Assembly (NCBI RefSeq): GCF_900167395.1
Contig: NZ_FUWK01000015.1
Coordinates: 18,285 to 50,284, forward strand
Reading direction: 5' to 3'
Origin: Nitrosomonas europaea
GTDB lineage: Bacteria; Pseudomonadota; Gammaproteobacteria; Burkholderiales; Nitrosomonadaceae
DNA length: 32,000 nucleotides
Shown: in pieces, positions 1-11,401 of the stretch
Layout of the letters: every line of letters starts with the position of its first letter
Numbering within the stretch: position 1 is the first letter of the stretch
Notes under the pieces: model-generated
Database searches by the model: none
What the model saw: only the letters and a program-made list of their open reading frames with translations
What the model was told of the DNA's origin: nothing
Program-made: the position numbers and the translations under genes

Positions 1-569
1 CCGCTGAGCGCATGATTCTCCTGTTCAAGTTCACCGAGTTTCATCTTCAGATCAGCTACCTGTTGCCGCATTTCCTGATTCTCACCATTCAATTGCACTG
101 CGTTGGCAGACAATTGCCTGATTTTGGACAATTCGGCTTCCAGTCGTTTATTGTCTTTCTCAAGGGTTTCTGCCTGCTTCTTCTGCATCCCCAATTCATG
201 TCTGACGAGATCAGCCTGTGCACGAATGCTATCCGGCCGGCTGTCCGATCCGGAAAAATCACTGCTCAATTTTTCAAGCAATTCACGCGCCGCGGGTTCA
301 GCCATCAAATATCGGGACAGCACCCAACCTTCTGTACCTCCGGTAGTCCTGACTCTGGAATATCCCTTGTTCTGGTCACGCTCCAATACTTCCAGCGCCA
401 CACCACTTTTCAGCATCCTTACGATCGCATGCTGCTGACTGGGACCAGTTCGCATCAACACTTCCACCTGGTCACTGGCGTAACTTTTTTCTGCCCGGGC
501 GGTCAATGGCACCCCCCATAAGAAAACAAAAAACATGGATGCAGCAAGAAAATAAGTAATTTTGTTCAT
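1..569 (-). CDS. Periplasmic SH3-domain protein with C-terminal coiled coil (YgiM-like); 3' end runs off the window
   Basis: Absent from the ORF track because the frame is open to position 1. Hand translation of the minus strand from ATG 569-567 gives MNKITYFLAASMFFVFLWGVPLTARA EKSYASDQVEVLMRTGPSQQHAIVRMLKSGVALEVLERDQNKGYSRVRTTGGTEGWVLSRYLMAEP. That is a signal peptide followed by a bacterial SH3-like segment. It continues into heptad-rich LEKDNKRLEAELSKIRQL...QENHALS. ORF 12..521(+) is its antisense shadow. Confidence 0.75.
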   Translation of the reverse strand, partial: MNKITYFLAASMFFVFLWGVPLTARAEKSYASDQVEVLMRTGPSQQHAIVRMLKSGVALEVLERDQNKGYSRVRTTGGTEGWVLSRYLMAEPAARELLEKLSSDFSGSDSRPDSIRAQADLVRHELGMQKKQAETLEKDNKRLEAELSKIRQLSANAVQLNGENQEMRQQVADLKMKLGELEQENHALS

Positions 570-661
570 TTGCGGTAGTGGTATCCGGCTCCAGAAACAA
601 GGTTATACCATCGATATTGACGTAAGTCCGAAATGCCGGATTCTCATATCGACTGAAAACA

Positions 662-856
662 CTACTTGTTCTCGAACCCGGATATGAAATATTTGATCAG
701 CAGAACCATGAAGAAAGGGAAAGCGCTCAGTGCTGTAACCAGATAATGTTCGTAGGTAAACTGATCACCTTCATCCATAATGATGTAAGTAAAGAAAATA
801 CTGACAGGAAAAATAGCTGTAATAGACTGGAGTAACACAAACAGATTTTTCATCAT
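662..856 (-). CDS. Hypothetical small membrane protein (64 aa, two hydrophobic segments)
   Basis: ORF-track ORF MMKNLFVLLQSITAIFPVSIFFTYIIM...LSAFPFFMVLLIKYFI. It lies on the same strand as, and upstream of, the SH3 gene. It is AT-rich, has no clear SD and no recognisable family. Confidence 0.35.
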   Translation of the reverse strand: MMKNLFVLLQSITAIFPVSIFFTYIIMDEGDQFTYEHYLVTALSAFPFFMVLLIKYFISGFENK

Positions 857-969
857 ATCGTTTCACACCATCTTCTTGTTGATTGCCACGAGAAATCGCA
901 TTTACTACAATAGAATATCATAGAAATTCAGATCACCTGCCGGGACGACTATTCTCAGAACTCCATGAA

Positions 970-1308
970 ATGACCGGATCATCACAAATTCTGCTCGTTC
1001 TGACCAACTTCCCGAATGACACAAGCGCCAGGGAGCTGGCAGAAATGCTGGTTGACCGCCGGCTGGCTGCCTGCATCAACATTCTGCAGGGGTGTACTTC
1101 TGTTTATCGGTGGCAGGGCCTGACTGAAACAGCCAGTGAAGTTCCGGTGCTGATCAAAACCACCCGGCAGCGTTATGAAGCAGTGGAACAGGCAATCAAA
1201 TCACTGCACCCCTATGAACTCCCCGAGATTATTGCTGTCCCTGTCGATAACGGATTGTCTGCTTATTTACAGTGGATTGCTCACGAAACAACCGAAACAG
1301 ATACTTAA
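970..1308 (+). CDS. cutA: Divalent-cation tolerance protein CutA
   Basis: ILLVLTNFPNDTSARELAEMLVDRRLAACINILQGCTSVYRWQG...VLIKTTRQRYEAVEQAIKSLHPYELPEIIAVPV matches the CutA1 fold pattern (E. coli CutA: AACATLIPGATSLYYWEG...HPYQTPELLVLPV). The gene sits immediately upstream of dsbD, the classic cutA1-cutA2 arrangement. The track ORF starts at TTG 883. I prefer ATG 970 (MTGSSQILLV), which gives about 112 aa. The start is uncertain. Confidence 0.85.
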   Translation: MTGSSQILLVLTNFPNDTSARELAEMLVDRRLAACINILQGCTSVYRWQGLTETASEVPVLIKTTRQRYEAVEQAIKSLHPYELPEIIAVPVDNGLSAYLQWIAHETTETDT

Positions 1309-1320
1309 CCGAGATAGCCA

Positions 1321-3261
1321 ATGCGCTGGATAAAAACCATTTTACTGTTACTGTGCCTGGTAAGCACTCACACCATGGCCGAAGAAGGTTCATCAGGGGG
1401 ATTGATGAGTATTCTGCAACGGCTCGGTGTCGGTTCCGAACAGACCGAGCAGGAACTGCTGCCACCGGATGAAGCTTTCAAGCTGTCGCTCGAAGTCCGG
1501 GATGACCGCACGCTGATTGCTCGCCTGACACCCGCCAAAGACTACTACCTCTATCGGGATAAAATCAACTTCGAATCGAAAAGTGCAGGTATCCATGTCG
1601 ACCAGGTAGCCCTCCCGCCGGGTAAAATGAAGCAGGATCCCGCTTTTGGTCAGACGGAAGTTTACTACCAGCCCCTGGAAGCCATTATTTCGCTACGTCG
1701 GGATGCATCTGCACCGGAGCAACTTTCCCTGTCTGCCACTTACCAGGGCTGCAACGAGCCCATCGGTGTGTGCTATGCACCGATCAACAAGGTAAATGAC
1801 ATTCTGCTGCCGACTGTCAAAGCTGCAATCGACACGGTTGCCGGCACGATCAGTGGAGATGTTCAGGCAGCCGGAGCTACCGGAACCGATGCTACAGCCG
1901 AATTGTTCCAGACAGACAATGCACCATTGTTTGAAACGGAATCCTACAAAATAGAGCGCTTGTTCGCCAGTGGCAATTTCTGGCTGATTCTGAGCGGATT
2001 CTTTGGTATTGGCTTGCTGCTCGCCTTTACTCCCTGCGTATTTCCCATGTTTCCGATTCTGTCCGGAATCATCGCCAGTAAAGGGCAGCAAATGTCGAAA
2101 CTGCGCGGGTTCATGCTGGCGCTGGCTTATGTACTGGGCATGGCGATCACTTATGCCATCGCCGGCGCAGCAGCGGGTCTGTCTGGCACCATGCTGTCTG
2201 CTGCACTGCAAAATGCCTGGGTATTGGGAACATTTGCGCTGGTCTTCGTGGCTCTGGCTTTCTCGATGTTTGGTTTCTACGAACTGCGAATGCCATCTTT
2301 TATACAAAACAAGCTGGTCGAAGAAACAGGTCATTTCAAGGGAGGCCAGCTTACCGGTGTATTTGGAATGGGAGCATTGTCTGCTCTGATCGTCAGTCCC
2401 TGTGTCGCTGCCCCGCTGGCTGGTGCACTGATTTATATCAGCCAGACGCGCGATGTCGTACTGGGCGGTTCCGCACTGTTCATCATGGCACTGGGAATGG
2501 GTATGCCATTGCTGCTGTTGGGCGTCTCGGCCGGTGCATTACTGCCCAGATCCGGTGCCTGGATGAAAGCTGTCCAGCAGTTTTTCGGCGTCCTGCTGCT
2601 GGCCGTAGCAATCTGGCTGGTCTCGCCCGTCATCACGGAAGTTGTGCACATGCTGCTTTGGGCGGCACTGCTGATCATTTCGGCAATCTACCTGCATGCA
2701 CTCGATCCACTGCCCGGCCATGCATCAGGTTTCAACAAATTTCTCAAGGGAATCGGTGTCATCGCGCTGCTGGTAGGTGTTGCCTTGCTCATTGGCGTAC
2801 TTTCCGGAAGTCGGGATATTCTGCAACCTCTATCCAAACTCAGCCTGGCTGCTGCCACACCTTCCGGCCAGCTTGCCGAACCCTCTGTGAACACAAATGA
2901 ATCTCTGCCATTCAAGCGGGTTAAAACGACTGCCGAGCTGGATGAACTCATCCGGCAATCACAAGGACGTTATGTCATGATCGACTTTTATGCAGACTGG
3001 TGTATTTCCTGCAAAGAAATGGAGCGCTTTACCTTCACTGACCCGCAGGTTCAGGCACGCTTGAAAAATGTCGAACTGGTGCAGATCAATGTCACAGACG
3101 GCACACCGGATGATGCTGCTTTACTCAAACGTTTCAAGCTCTTTGGCCCGCCCGGAATTCTGTTTTTTGACCGGCAGGGAGTCGAGATTCCAAACATCAA
3201 AATCATTGGCTACCTCGATAAAAGAGACTTCATCACGGTACTGGACGCAATCCTGCTCTGA
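1321..3261 (+). CDS. dsbD: Thiol:disulfide interchange protein DsbD (646 aa)
   Basis: Signal peptide MRWIKTILLLLCLVSTHTMA. The N-terminal periplasmic domain contains YQGCNEPIGVCYAP. The central polytopic membrane core contains FTPCVFPM and VSPCVAAP. The C-terminal thioredoxin domain has DFYADWCISCKEME (CxxC). Confidence 0.95.
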   Translation: MRWIKTILLLLCLVSTHTMAEEGSSGGLMSILQRLGVGSEQTEQELLPPDEAFKLSLEVRDDRTLIARLTPAKDYYLYRDKINFESKSAGIHVDQVALPPGKMKQDPAFGQTEVYYQPLEAIISLRRDASAPEQLSLSATYQGCNEPIGVCYAPINKVNDILLPTVKAAIDTVAGTISGDVQAAGATGTDATAELFQTDNAPLFETESYKIERLFASGNFWLILSGFFGIGLLLAFTPCVFPMFPILSGIIASKGQQMSKLRGFMLALAYVLGMAITYAIAGAAAGLSGTMLSAALQNAWVLGTFALVFVALAFSMFGFYELRMPSFIQNKLVEETGHFKGGQLTGVFGMGALSALIVSPCVAAPLAGALIYISQTRDVVLGGSALFIMALGMGMPLLLLGVSAGALLPRSGAWMKAVQQFFGVLLLAVAIWLVSPVITEVVHMLLWAALLIISAIYLHALDPLPGHASGFNKFLKGIGVIALLVGVALLIGVLSGSRDILQPLSKLSLAAATPSGQLAEPSVNTNESLPFKRVKTTAELDELIRQSQGRYVMIDFYADWCISCKEMERFTFTDPQVQARLKNVELVQINVTDGTPDDAALLKRFKLFGPPGILFFDRQGVEIPNIKIIGYLDKRDFITVLDAILL

Positions 3262-3371
3262 TAACCGGCTGATTACCGGTCTGCCAGTGTAGAAAACTTC
3301 CTTCCGGTACCGGTATATCTGATATAAACCCGGTTTCCGCATTTCACATAAACTTTCTTTCAGAATTCTCT

Positions 3372-3920
3372 ATGTCCAAGCCTAACAGGTTCTCGTTCTA
3401 CGTCATCGTTGCAATTCTTTCACTGGCTGCTGGTTTCGCTTACAAATCCAGAGAAATGGGCATCACAGTCTCCCTGTCGAGTGCTGACAGAAAGGCCGGA
3501 GCTGATAAATTCTTCGATGCAACCTTGTCCGCTCTGGATGGCACCCCTCAAGCTCTGTCACAATGGCGGGGAAAAATCGTCATCGCCAATTTCTGGGCAA
3601 CCTGGTGTCTGCCTTGCCGCGATGAAATTCCGGAATTGATCGATACCTATACGGCATACCATCAAAAAGATCTGGTCATTCTCGGTATCGCCATAGACGA
3701 TACCGATAAAGTAGCCGCGTTCAGTAAGGAATTCAATATCAACTACCCTGTGCTGGTCGGGGAATTCGATGCCTTTTCACTTGCAGAAGCCATGGGCAAC
3801 CTGCAGGGTGCTCTGCCTTTTACCGTCACGATCGACCGCAGCGGCATGATCGTCGATACCCACTTGGGAAGAATCAAGAAAAAACAGATCGAAGAAATCA
3901 TCAAACCAATGCTGCAATAA
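3372..3920 (+). CDS. Membrane-anchored TlpA/ResA-family thioredoxin-like thiol-disulfide oxidoreductase
   Basis: N-terminal anchor FSFYVIVAILSLAAGFAY followed by the thioredoxin-fold motif ANFWATWCLPCRDEIPEL (WCxxC). At 182 aa and downstream of dsbD, it is a plausible DsbD client. Confidence 0.9.
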   Translation: MSKPNRFSFYVIVAILSLAAGFAYKSREMGITVSLSSADRKAGADKFFDATLSALDGTPQALSQWRGKIVIANFWATWCLPCRDEIPELIDTYTAYHQKDLVILGIAIDDTDKVAAFSKEFNINYPVLVGEFDAFSLAEAMGNLQGALPFTVTIDRSGMIVDTHLGRIKKKQIEEIIKPMLQ

Positions 3921-4132
3921 ACCTGCAAAACCCGTTAACCACTACTCATGGTCTGATACGTCTTGGCACTCCGCATGATTGCCTCGGAATACAACATTAC
4001 CTTTCCATTCCTGCATCTCGCGTAATATTGCGTTATGTCGCGCTCCTTCTGTCTGATCTTCCGGCACGTCTCGCATAAAATACGTTGACTCATGCGAAAA
4101 AATTTTGCCTCAAAACCCGAGATCAGGCATTT

Positions 4133-5395
4133 TTAGTGCACGCTATTTTTACCATCGTGTTTTGCGCAAGACTGATCACAACCGGCTTCACATCCCAGTC
4201 CCATGCGACCCAGCCCACCACAACTGCCGGCAAGAGGCTGACGTCCGCCGATGACCCCGATCGCCATGGCGATAAGCGCAAGCCCCATTACCAGGAAGGT
4301 TGCAATAAAAATCTGAGTAAAATCGGATGCACGCTCCGCCGGGAAATGACTGCTCGTATATCCTTTGATAACACCTTCCTGGTTGACAATGAAGAGAACC
4401 GCGATGCCTTGATCTTCAGCAATAGTCAGGCCACGCTCGTGCCCGAGCACCAACAATGCCGTTGCCCATGCATCTGCAACCATGCAACTTTCCGCCAGTA
4501 CGGTAACCGAAGACGCTCCATTTTCCACCGGCCAGCCGGTAGTGGGATCGATAAGGTGGCTGTAACGATGGCCTTCAATTTCGAAGAAATTTTGATAATC
4601 TCCTGAAGTTGCCAATCCTGTATCCTGCAAGGACAGTATCTTATATGGAGCGGAACGACCATATTGGTGATGTGGTTTCTCGATTCCAATTTGCCAGGGA
4701 GTATTCTGCGCATTGGTACCACGTGCTCGAATCTCACCGCCGATTTCGACCAGGTAATGTTCAATGCCCCGTGCATCGAATATTTCCGCTACCCGGTCGA
4801 CCGCATATCCTTTGGCAATAGCAGATAAATCTATATAGATATCAGAGTGTAGCTTGCGGATAGCATGCGTTTCTCGATCGAGCACGAGCTTATCCTGACC
4901 GATTGCCGGAAGTACCGCAGCAATTTCACTTTTATCAGGAATTCGTTCGGAATGGAACTCGGGCCCGAACCCCCAGAGATTTACCGCCGGTCCGACCGTA
5001 ATATCGAAAGCTTTTTCACTCCGCGCACCTATCTCCAGCGCCGCTTCAAGTACGGTAAATAATGAGTCGGAAACCGGGATCCAATCAGATGTAGTTGCTC
5101 GATTCAAGCGTGAAAGTTCCGATTCAGGATCGTAGGTAGACATAGCCCGGTTAATTTCGTCGAGAACCGACTCTATCTGTTTTTGTGCTGTATCAGGTGT
5201 AAAACCACCCTCCGGATGACGGTATTTCACACTGTACTTCGTCCCCATGGTATAGCCATGCACGTGTGACTGGGTAAGAGAAGAAGCAAAAAAAATCCGT
5301 CCAAGCAGTGCCATCATAATCAGGAAAGCTGCAATGATGATCATAATCGACCGGGGAGACATGGATAGTGAAGCTTTCATCATAATGATTGTCAT
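4133..5395 (-). CDS. apbE: FAD:protein FMN transferase ApbE fused to a C-terminal NqrM-like (DUF539) module
   Basis: ApbE motifs: [46 protein letters not shown]. The start ATG overlaps the nqrF TGA (ATGA at 5395-5392). The last 62 aa, [55 protein letters not shown], show the NqrM pattern of one TM helix followed by GSCGG and three further Cys. Confidence 0.9.
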   Translation of the reverse strand: MTIIMMKASLSMSPRSIMIIIAAFLIMMALLGRIFFASSLTQSHVHGYTMGTKYSVKYRHPEGGFTPDTAQKQIESVLDEINRAMSTYDPESELSRLNRATTSDWIPVSDSLFTVLEAALEIGARSEKAFDITVGPAVNLWGFGPEFHSERIPDKSEIAAVLPAIGQDKLVLDRETHAIRKLHSDIYIDLSAIAKGYAVDRVAEIFDARGIEHYLVEIGGEIRARGTNAQNTPWQIGIEKPHHQYGRSAPYKILSLQDTGLATSGDYQNFFEIEGHRYSHLIDPTTGWPVENGASSVTVLAESCMVADAWATALLVLGHERGLTIAEDQGIAVLFIVNQEGVIKGYTSSHFPAERASDFTQIFIATFLVMGLALIAMAIGVIGGRQPLAGSCGGLGRMGLGCEAGCDQSCAKHDGKNSVH

Positions 5396-6612
5396 CCTCC
5401 AAAGTCGTCGAACAATATATTTTCCTGTTCGACACCCAGACCAATCAGCATATCGATAACTGCCTTACTCATCATGGGCGGGCCACACAGATAATATTCG
5501 CAATCCTCCGGAGCGGGGTGATCTTTCAAATAGTTATCGAACAATATCTGGTGGATGAAACCAGTATACCCCTGCCAGTTATCCTCAGGCAATGCATCGG
5601 ACAAAGCAACGTACCACTTAAAATTGTCATATTCCTTCGATAGCCTGTCAAAATCCTCGACATAGAACATTTCATTCCTGGAGCGAGCACCATACCAGAA
5701 GGAAATTTTGCGCCGGGATTTGAGCCGGCATAACTGATCGAGAATATGGGAGCGCAGGGGTGCCATGCCTGCACCACCACCAATGAAAATCATTTCGTTT
5801 TCGGTATCGCGCGCGAAAAAATCGCCGAATGGCCCCGTGACCGTAACCGAATCGTCAGGCTTGAGCGAAAAAATATAGGATGAAGCCTGGCCTGGTGGTA
5901 CATCTTCACGCTGAGGTGGAGGCGTTGCAATGCGTACATTCAACATGATGATGCCCCGCTCTTCGGGATAATTGGCCATCGAATAGGCGCGCATGACAGG
6001 TTCCTGTGTTTTCGAAACATAGCGCCAAAAATCATAATGATCCCAATCTTTGCGGAAACGTTCTTCTATATCGAAATCCTTGAATGCACTGACATAGGGC
6101 GGACACTCAATCTGGATATAACCGCCGGCACGAAAATCGAACTGTTCACTTTCGGGAAGCTCCAGTACCAGCTCTTTGATAAACGTAGCGACGTTATGAT
6201 TGGAACGGACCTTACAAGACCATTTTCTTACCCCAAATGCCTCATCGGGTACAACGATCTTCATGTTCTGTTTGACGGAAACCTGGCAGGACAAACGGTA
6301 GCCGGCCCGCGCGTCATGTTTGTTGATGTGGGAAGTCTCGGTGGGCAGAATATCTCCGCCACCTTCGAATACCTTGACACGACATTGACCACATGTACCG
6401 CTTCCACCACAGGGAGAGCTGACAAAAATACCAGCAGTGGCCAGCGTACCGAGCAGCTTCCCTCCGGTCAATGCTTCGATAGTGCGCTCATCATTCACAT
6501 TGATTGTGACACGACCATGCGTTACCAATTTGGCACGCGCACCAAGGATGACAAATACCAGGACGATAATTATCGCAGTAAAGAAGAAAACACCGAGAAA
6601 GATTTCCAGCAT
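5392..6612 (-). CDS. nqrF: Na+-NQR subunit F
   Basis: N-terminal TM helix. 2Fe-2S ferredoxin motif [14 protein letters not shown]...C. FAD/NADH domain with RAYSMANYP and GGGAGMAP. 406 aa. Confidence 0.96.
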   Translation of the reverse strand: MLEIFLGVFFFTAIIIVLVFVILGARAKLVTHGRVTINVNDERTIEALTGGKLLGTLATAGIFVSSPCGGSGTCGQCRVKVFEGGGDILPTETSHINKHDARAGYRLSCQVSVKQNMKIVVPDEAFGVRKWSCKVRSNHNVATFIKELVLELPESEQFDFRAGGYIQIECPPYVSAFKDFDIEERFRKDWDHYDFWRYVSKTQEPVMRAYSMANYPEERGIIMLNVRIATPPPQREDVPPGQASSYIFSLKPDDSVTVTGPFGDFFARDTENEMIFIGGGAGMAPLRSHILDQLCRLKSRRKISFWYGARSRNEMFYVEDFDRLSKEYDNFKWYVALSDALPEDNWQGYTGFIHQILFDNYLKDHPAPEDCEYYLCGPPMMSKAVIDMLIGLGVEQENILFDDFGG

Positions 6613-6774
6613 ACGCGATTTCGGATTAGGGCCTGTAACGTAATCGCGACAAATAGCCTGGAAATAAAGTATTCAACATACAATGACGAAGCATGTCGGA
6701 TAGATGAGTCGCAAATATCGCGTCTGCTATGCCATGGAAACAGGGAGGGGATATAACGATTTTATTCACAAATG

Positions 6775-7383
6775 TTAAAGCCGAATGCCGGAGAAGGCCA
6801 TGAATCCCATAGCCATCAATCCCGCACTGATAAAAGTAATGCCCAGTCCCTGTAAACCGTCTGGCACATCCGAATATTTGAGTCTTTCACGTACACCAGC
6901 CAGCGCAACAATTGCCAACGCCCAACCGAAACCGGAGCCGAGACCATATACAAGGCTCTCAGTAAAATTATAGTCACGTTCCACCATGAACAATGAACCA
7001 CCCAGAATGGCACAATTCACGGCAATCAGTGGCAGATAGATGCCCAATGCACTGTGCAGAGCCGGCATGAAACGATCCAGAAACATTTCCAGAATCTGTA
7101 CTATCGCGGCGATAACCCCAAGATAACTGACGAGCCCGAGGAAAGTTAAATCAATCTCCGCCAGACCTGCCCAGACCAGAGCACCGTCACGAAGCAGGTA
7201 CTGATAAACCAGATTATTGATGGGAACCGTCAATGTCTGGACGACGATCACGGCAATTCCCATGCCGAACGCCACCTCTATTTTTTTGGAAATGGCCAGA
7301 AAAGTGCACATGCCAAGAAAAAAAGTAAGCGCAAGATTCTCGACGAAAACTGCGGTAATAAATAAACCGGCCAGACTGTTCAT
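6775..7383 (-). CDS. nqrE: Na+-NQR subunit E
   Basis: 202-aa polytopic protein, [18 protein letters not shown]...AVNCAILGG (NqrE/RnfA family). ATGA overlap with the nqrD stop (7383-7380). Confidence 0.95.
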   Translation of the reverse strand: MNSLAGLFITAVFVENLALTFFLGMCTFLAISKKIEVAFGMGIAVIVVQTLTVPINNLVYQYLLRDGALVWAGLAEIDLTFLGLVSYLGVIAAIVQILEMFLDRFMPALHSALGIYLPLIAVNCAILGGSLFMVERDYNFTESLVYGLGSGFGWALAIVALAGVRERLKYSDVPDGLQGLGITFISAGLMAMGFMAFSGIRL

Positions 7384-8051
7384 CTTATGATCTCAGTAGG
7401 ATTATGGGTCTGCTGGATGCGGAACTCGGGTTGCTCGACTTGATTCGTTTTCCAGGAGCGCACCCCCCAGATGATCAATCCGATCAGAAAGAAAGCGCTG
7501 GGCGGCAATAATAACAATCCATTGGGTTCATACCAACCACCATCCCGAATGAGTGGCAGGATCGTAACTCCCAGCAGGGAGCCCGAACCGAACAGTTCAC
7601 GTATTATCCCGACTATCAGCAAAATCGCGCTGTACCCGAGACCATTACCCAATCCATCAAGGAAACTCGGCCAGGGCGGATTTTTCATGGCAAATGCCTC
7701 TGCCCGCCCCATGACGATACAATTGGTAACGATCAGACTGACGAATACCGAGAGCTCCCGACTGACCTCATAGGCAAATGCCCGCAGGAACTGGTCAACC
7801 ACGATCACCAGCGAGGCGGCAATCGTCATTTGTATGATAATACGAATATTCGTAGGGATGTAATGACGAATCAGACTGATCAGCATGCTGGAACAGGCTA
7901 CGACCAGCGTCAAAGCAATACACATAGTCAAAGCTGTAGATACTTTGCTGGTAACCGCCAGCGCTGAACAGATCCCCAGTACTTGCAGTGTAATCGGATT
8001 TTCGTTAACAACGGGTGTAAATAAAATTTTGCGGACGGATTGTGCCATCAT
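7380..8051 (-). CDS. nqrD: Na+-NQR subunit D
   Basis: [22 protein letters not shown]...[14 protein letters not shown] (NqrD/RnfE family). 223 aa. Confidence 0.95.
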   Translation of the reverse strand: MMAQSVRKILFTPVVNENPITLQVLGICSALAVTSKVSTALTMCIALTLVVACSSMLISLIRHYIPTNIRIIIQMTIAASLVIVVDQFLRAFAYEVSRELSVFVSLIVTNCIVMGRAEAFAMKNPPWPSFLDGLGNGLGYSAILLIVGIIRELFGSGSLLGVTILPLIRDGGWYEPNGLLLLPPSAFFLIGLIIWGVRSWKTNQVEQPEFRIQQTHNPTEIIR

Positions 8052-8846
8052 TCAACTCCTTTCTTCACGTAAACGAAGCAGGAAAGGGCCAAAACCATTC
8101 TCTCCAAACCAGAATTTCAATAAATTATCGACGCCTCGCGTAGTCATGGTTGCACCGGATAAACCATCCACTTTATGCTGACTGTCAGGCGTAGCGCTTC
8201 CAACTGACCCTCTGATCAATTCGATACGCGGTTGCCAAGCTTCGTCAAAAATGACTTTACCTTCCCACGAGGTAAGCCAGCGCGGATTGTCCACTTCGCC
8301 TCCTAATCCCGGTGTTTCCGCATGCTGATAAAACCGGAGCCCTTTGACTGTGCGCAAATCCCCTTCCAAGGCAATAAAACCGTAAAGCGTAGACCATAAT
8401 CCGTGGCCGTATATGGGCAGGATCAATGTTTCCAGTTTTCCAGCTTCATTATGAATTAGATAAACTGGCAGATATTTAGGTTTCCGCTGAATCTGCGCGA
8501 TATCCTCTTCACGCGTCAATGCGGTGGATTGCGCCTCATCCTTGGCTGCTTTGGTAATATCGAATCGTTCCGTGTCCTGATCATCCACGAAGTTGCCACT
8601 CGCAAGCTCAACCATACGCACGTCGAACAGACGATAAGCACTCTCGATAGATAATCCCAATGCAGTCAGACCGGCAAGTTCTACAAGCACACGTTGACGT
8701 TCCTTGACTTGATTGGCTATCTGTATCGGCCTGAGCGTCACTGCAGCACTGGTCACGAACAGGGAGCAAACCAGACACACGGCCAGCGCTACACCCACCG
8801 TTCTCCGGGCACTATGCTGAACGGGAGCTGAATTCGGCTCAGCCAT
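8052..8846 (-). CDS. nqrC: Na+-NQR subunit C (FMN-binding)
   Basis: Single N-terminal TM helix and the flavinylation motif [13 protein letters not shown]. The track ORF starts at 8888. I prefer ATG 8846 (MAEPNSAPV), which overlaps the nqrB stop (ATGGCTGA). The start choice is inference. Confidence 0.92.
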   Translation of the reverse strand: MAEPNSAPVQHSARRTVGVALAVCLVCSLFVTSAAVTLRPIQIANQVKERQRVLVELAGLTALGLSIESAYRLFDVRMVELASGNFVDDQDTERFDITKAAKDEAQSTALTREEDIAQIQRKPKYLPVYLIHNEAGKLETLILPIYGHGLWSTLYGFIALEGDLRTVKGLRFYQHAETPGLGGEVDNPRWLTSWEGKVIFDEAWQPRIELIRGSVGSATPDSQHKVDGLSGATMTTRGVDNLLKFWFGENGFGPFLLRLREERS

Positions 8847-10035
8847 GACGACGCAGCCTCCGACGAATATTAAGCTGGATGACAACATAATCGATCAGCG
8901 GTGCAAATACATTGGCAAATAAGATAGCCAGCATAATCCCTTCCGGAAAAGCCGGATTCACCACCCGGATCAAGACCGTCATAAAACCGATCAATAAACC
9001 GAACACCCAGCGCCCGGCGTTGGTCATGGCAGCAGAAACCGGATCAGTCGCCATGAATACCATACCGAAAGCGAAACCACCCAGCACCAGATGCCAGTGC
9101 CAGGGCATGGCCATCATCGGATTATCGCTTTCTAATATATTAAACAAAAAACTGGTTGCCACCATCCCAAAGAACACACCAAAAATGATACGCCAGGATG
9201 CGACCTTGGTATAAATCAGAAATATTGCACCCAGCAGACAAGCCAGCGTCGAAGTTTCTCCCAGGGAACCAGGCATCAAACCGATGAAGGCATTCCACCA
9301 GGTGTAGCCACCTGCCGTCACCGCTTCCATGCCGCCAATCGCACCCAATCCCAATGGTGTCGCACTCGTGTAACCGTCAACCGCTACCCAGACCAGATCA
9401 CCCGAAATATCCGCAGGGTAGGCAAAATAGAGAAACGCGCGCCCCACCAATGCAGGATTGAGAAAATTCTTACCGGTTCCGCCAAAAACTTCCTTGCCGA
9501 TCACCACTCCGAAACTGATTCCCAGTGCAACCATCCACAGCGGCATATTAGGTGGCAAGGTCAATGCGAACAACATGGAAGTAACCAGGAATCCTTCATT
9601 TACCTCATGTTTACGTACCAACGCGAACAACACTTCCCAGAATCCACCTACCGCCAGTGTCGTCAGGTAAATAGGCAGGAAATACAGTAAACCATGTATT
9701 GTGCTGGCCAGGACACTGCCGGGATCGAATCCGACATTCAGTGTCAGCAGCAGATTGTTACGCCAGTTCTGGCCGATCTCTCCCAGTTCCTGCAGCGCAA
9801 GATTCGCCTGATAACCAGTGTTATACCAACTCCATAGAATACAGGGCAGCAATGCGATGACCACATAACTCATCAGGCGCTTAAGATCAATCGCATCGCG
9901 CACATGCGGTGCAGAGCGGGTCGAGTCGTCTGGCGTATATAAAAAAGTATCCACCATTTCGTATAAGGCGTAATATTTTTCGAATCTTCCGCCTCGATCG
10001 AAATGTGGTTTTATATTATTAAGCAGACGACGCAT
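8839..10035 (-). CDS. nqrB: Na+-NQR subunit B
   Basis: 398-aa polytopic protein of the NqrB/RnfD family, with the flavinylation site [11 protein letters not shown]. Confidence 0.96.
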   Translation of the reverse strand: MRRLLNNIKPHFDRGGRFEKYYALYEMVDTFLYTPDDSTRSAPHVRDAIDLKRLMSYVVIALLPCILWSWYNTGYQANLALQELGEIGQNWRNNLLLTLNVGFDPGSVLASTIHGLLYFLPIYLTTLAVGGFWEVLFALVRKHEVNEGFLVTSMLFALTLPPNMPLWMVALGISFGVVIGKEVFGGTGKNFLNPALVGRAFLYFAYPADISGDLVWVAVDGYTSATPLGLGAIGGMEAVTAGGYTWWNAFIGLMPGSLGETSTLACLLGAIFLIYTKVASWRIIFGVFFGMVATSFLFNILESDNPMMAMPWHWHLVLGGFAFGMVFMATDPVSAAMTNAGRWVFGLLIGFMTVLIRVVNPAFPEGIMLAILFANVFAPLIDYVVIQLNIRRRLRRHG

Positions 10036-10042
10036 GGAGTGC

Positions 10043-11401
10043 TTATCCTTCTTTCTCGATTTGTCGTAAATTCTCTCGCAGGATTACACCATAGTCATGC
10101 TTACCCACACATATGAATGAACATAACGCCAGATCTTCTTCATCCAGTTCGAGACAACCCAGCTTTTGCGCCATATCGGTATCCATCACCAGCAACGCGC
10201 GTAAGAGTTGTGCAGGCAATATATCGAGTGGCATGACTTCTTCAAAAGTGTCGATCGGAATCATGGCACGCGGGCTGCCTTGCTGGCTGGCCGTAAATTC
10301 GAACTTTCTCTTTTTGCGAAAGAAACTGGAAAACAGTACATTCAACTTGGAATATTTATTTCCCCCGGGGTTAAGCCAACCCAGGAATTCCCGCTCACTC
10401 TTCTCTCCAATTACAGTGACCTGCAAATGATGCCGCCCCAGAAAAGCCAGTTCATCTACCGCCTTGCGACCGGACCAGACTGAACCGGAAATAACACGCT
10501 TATCCATTGATTCAACCAGTTCACCAGCCAATAACTCCTCTAGTGAAGCTCCCAACCGGGTACGTAACAGACGCGGCTTCTTGACCCCGGGCCCGCCAAG
10601 CGCCACGATACGCTCAGTCCAGAGGCGCCCGGTTACGAACAGCTTACCGATGGCAATTACCTCCTGATAATTCAGATACCAGACCGTTTTATATGCACTG
10701 ACTGGCTGAAGAAAATGGATATGCGTACCGGGAAGACCGGCAGGGTGCGGCCCGGCAAACCGGGCTTGCTGCAATTGTGGCAAATCTTCAGGTAACGATA
10801 ATTTCGCCTGGGGACTCTGACAGACCCATAATGGCCCATCAGTCAAACGCGACAGAATTCTCAGGCCGTGATTAAAGGATTCCATCTCTGCCGTGATAAT
10901 GGGTACGGGATCCGCAGCTAGGGGATTGCTGTCTATAGCGGTAATGAAAATTGCGGCAGGCCGTGTAGCAGGATCAGGCACCTTACTATAGGGACGAGTA
11001 CGTAATGTCGTCCACAAGCCGGAGATCAGCAGATTCTCTTTGACCTGCTCATCTGCCAGATTAGATAGTTCATCCGGAGCATATTTGATGAAAGTCTCTT
11101 CATCCTCCTGTTCATCCAGTTGAAGGACGACCGATAATAGTATGCGCCTTGTCCCCCGGTTAATCGCCACGATGCGCCCGGCACCGGGAGCAGTGAATAC
11201 GACACCAGGCAGTTTTTTATATTCGAATAAGGGTTGTCCAAGCCTGACCCTGTCACCTTCTGTTACCTTCATGGTCGGTTTGAGATCGATGTAATCCACT
11301 CCCGCCACAGCGATATGGCGTACTGCAGTCGCAGCATACACACACTGCTCCGGCTCGCCGCTGATAGGCAGATCCAACCCCTTGTTTAGTTTGATAAACA
11401 T
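10043..11401 (-). CDS. nqrA: Na+-NQR subunit A
   Basis: The N-terminus [17 protein letters not shown] parallels Vibrio NqrA MITIKKGLDLPIAG. 452 aa and first gene of the operon. Confidence 0.95.
   Translation of the reverse strand: MFIKLNKGLDLPISGEPEQCVYAATAVRHIAVAGVDYIDLKPTMKVTEGDRVRLGQPLFEYKKLPGVVFTAPGAGRIVAINRGTRRILLSVVLQLDEQEDEETFIKYAPDELSNLADEQVKENLLISGLWTTLRTRPYSKVPDPATRPAAIFITAIDSNPLAADPVPIITAEMESFNHGLRILSRLTDGPLWVCQSPQAKLSLPEDLPQLQQARFAGPHPAGLPGTHIHFLQPVSAYKTVWYLNYQEVIAIGKLFVTGRLWTERIVALGGPGVKKPRLLRTRLGASLEELLAGELVESMDKRVISGSVWSGRKAVDELAFLGRHHLQVTVIGEKSEREFLGWLNPGGNKYSKLNVLFSSFFRKKRKFEFTASQQGSPRAMIPIDTFEEVMPLDILPAQLLRALLVMDTDMAQKLGCLELDEEDLALCSFICVGKHDYGVILRENLRQIEKEG

Noticed and set aside
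12-521. 169-aa + strand ORF at the left edge
   Set aside because: The opposite strand encodes a signal-peptide SH3/coiled-coil protein with clear family features. The + ORF is low-complexity and is its antisense shadow.
4101-4135. TGCCT-N14-AGGCA followed by TTTTT as a terminator between the convergent tlpA-like and apbE genes
   Set aside because: The stem is only 5 bp and the T-run overlaps the apbE stop codon. This is not convincing.
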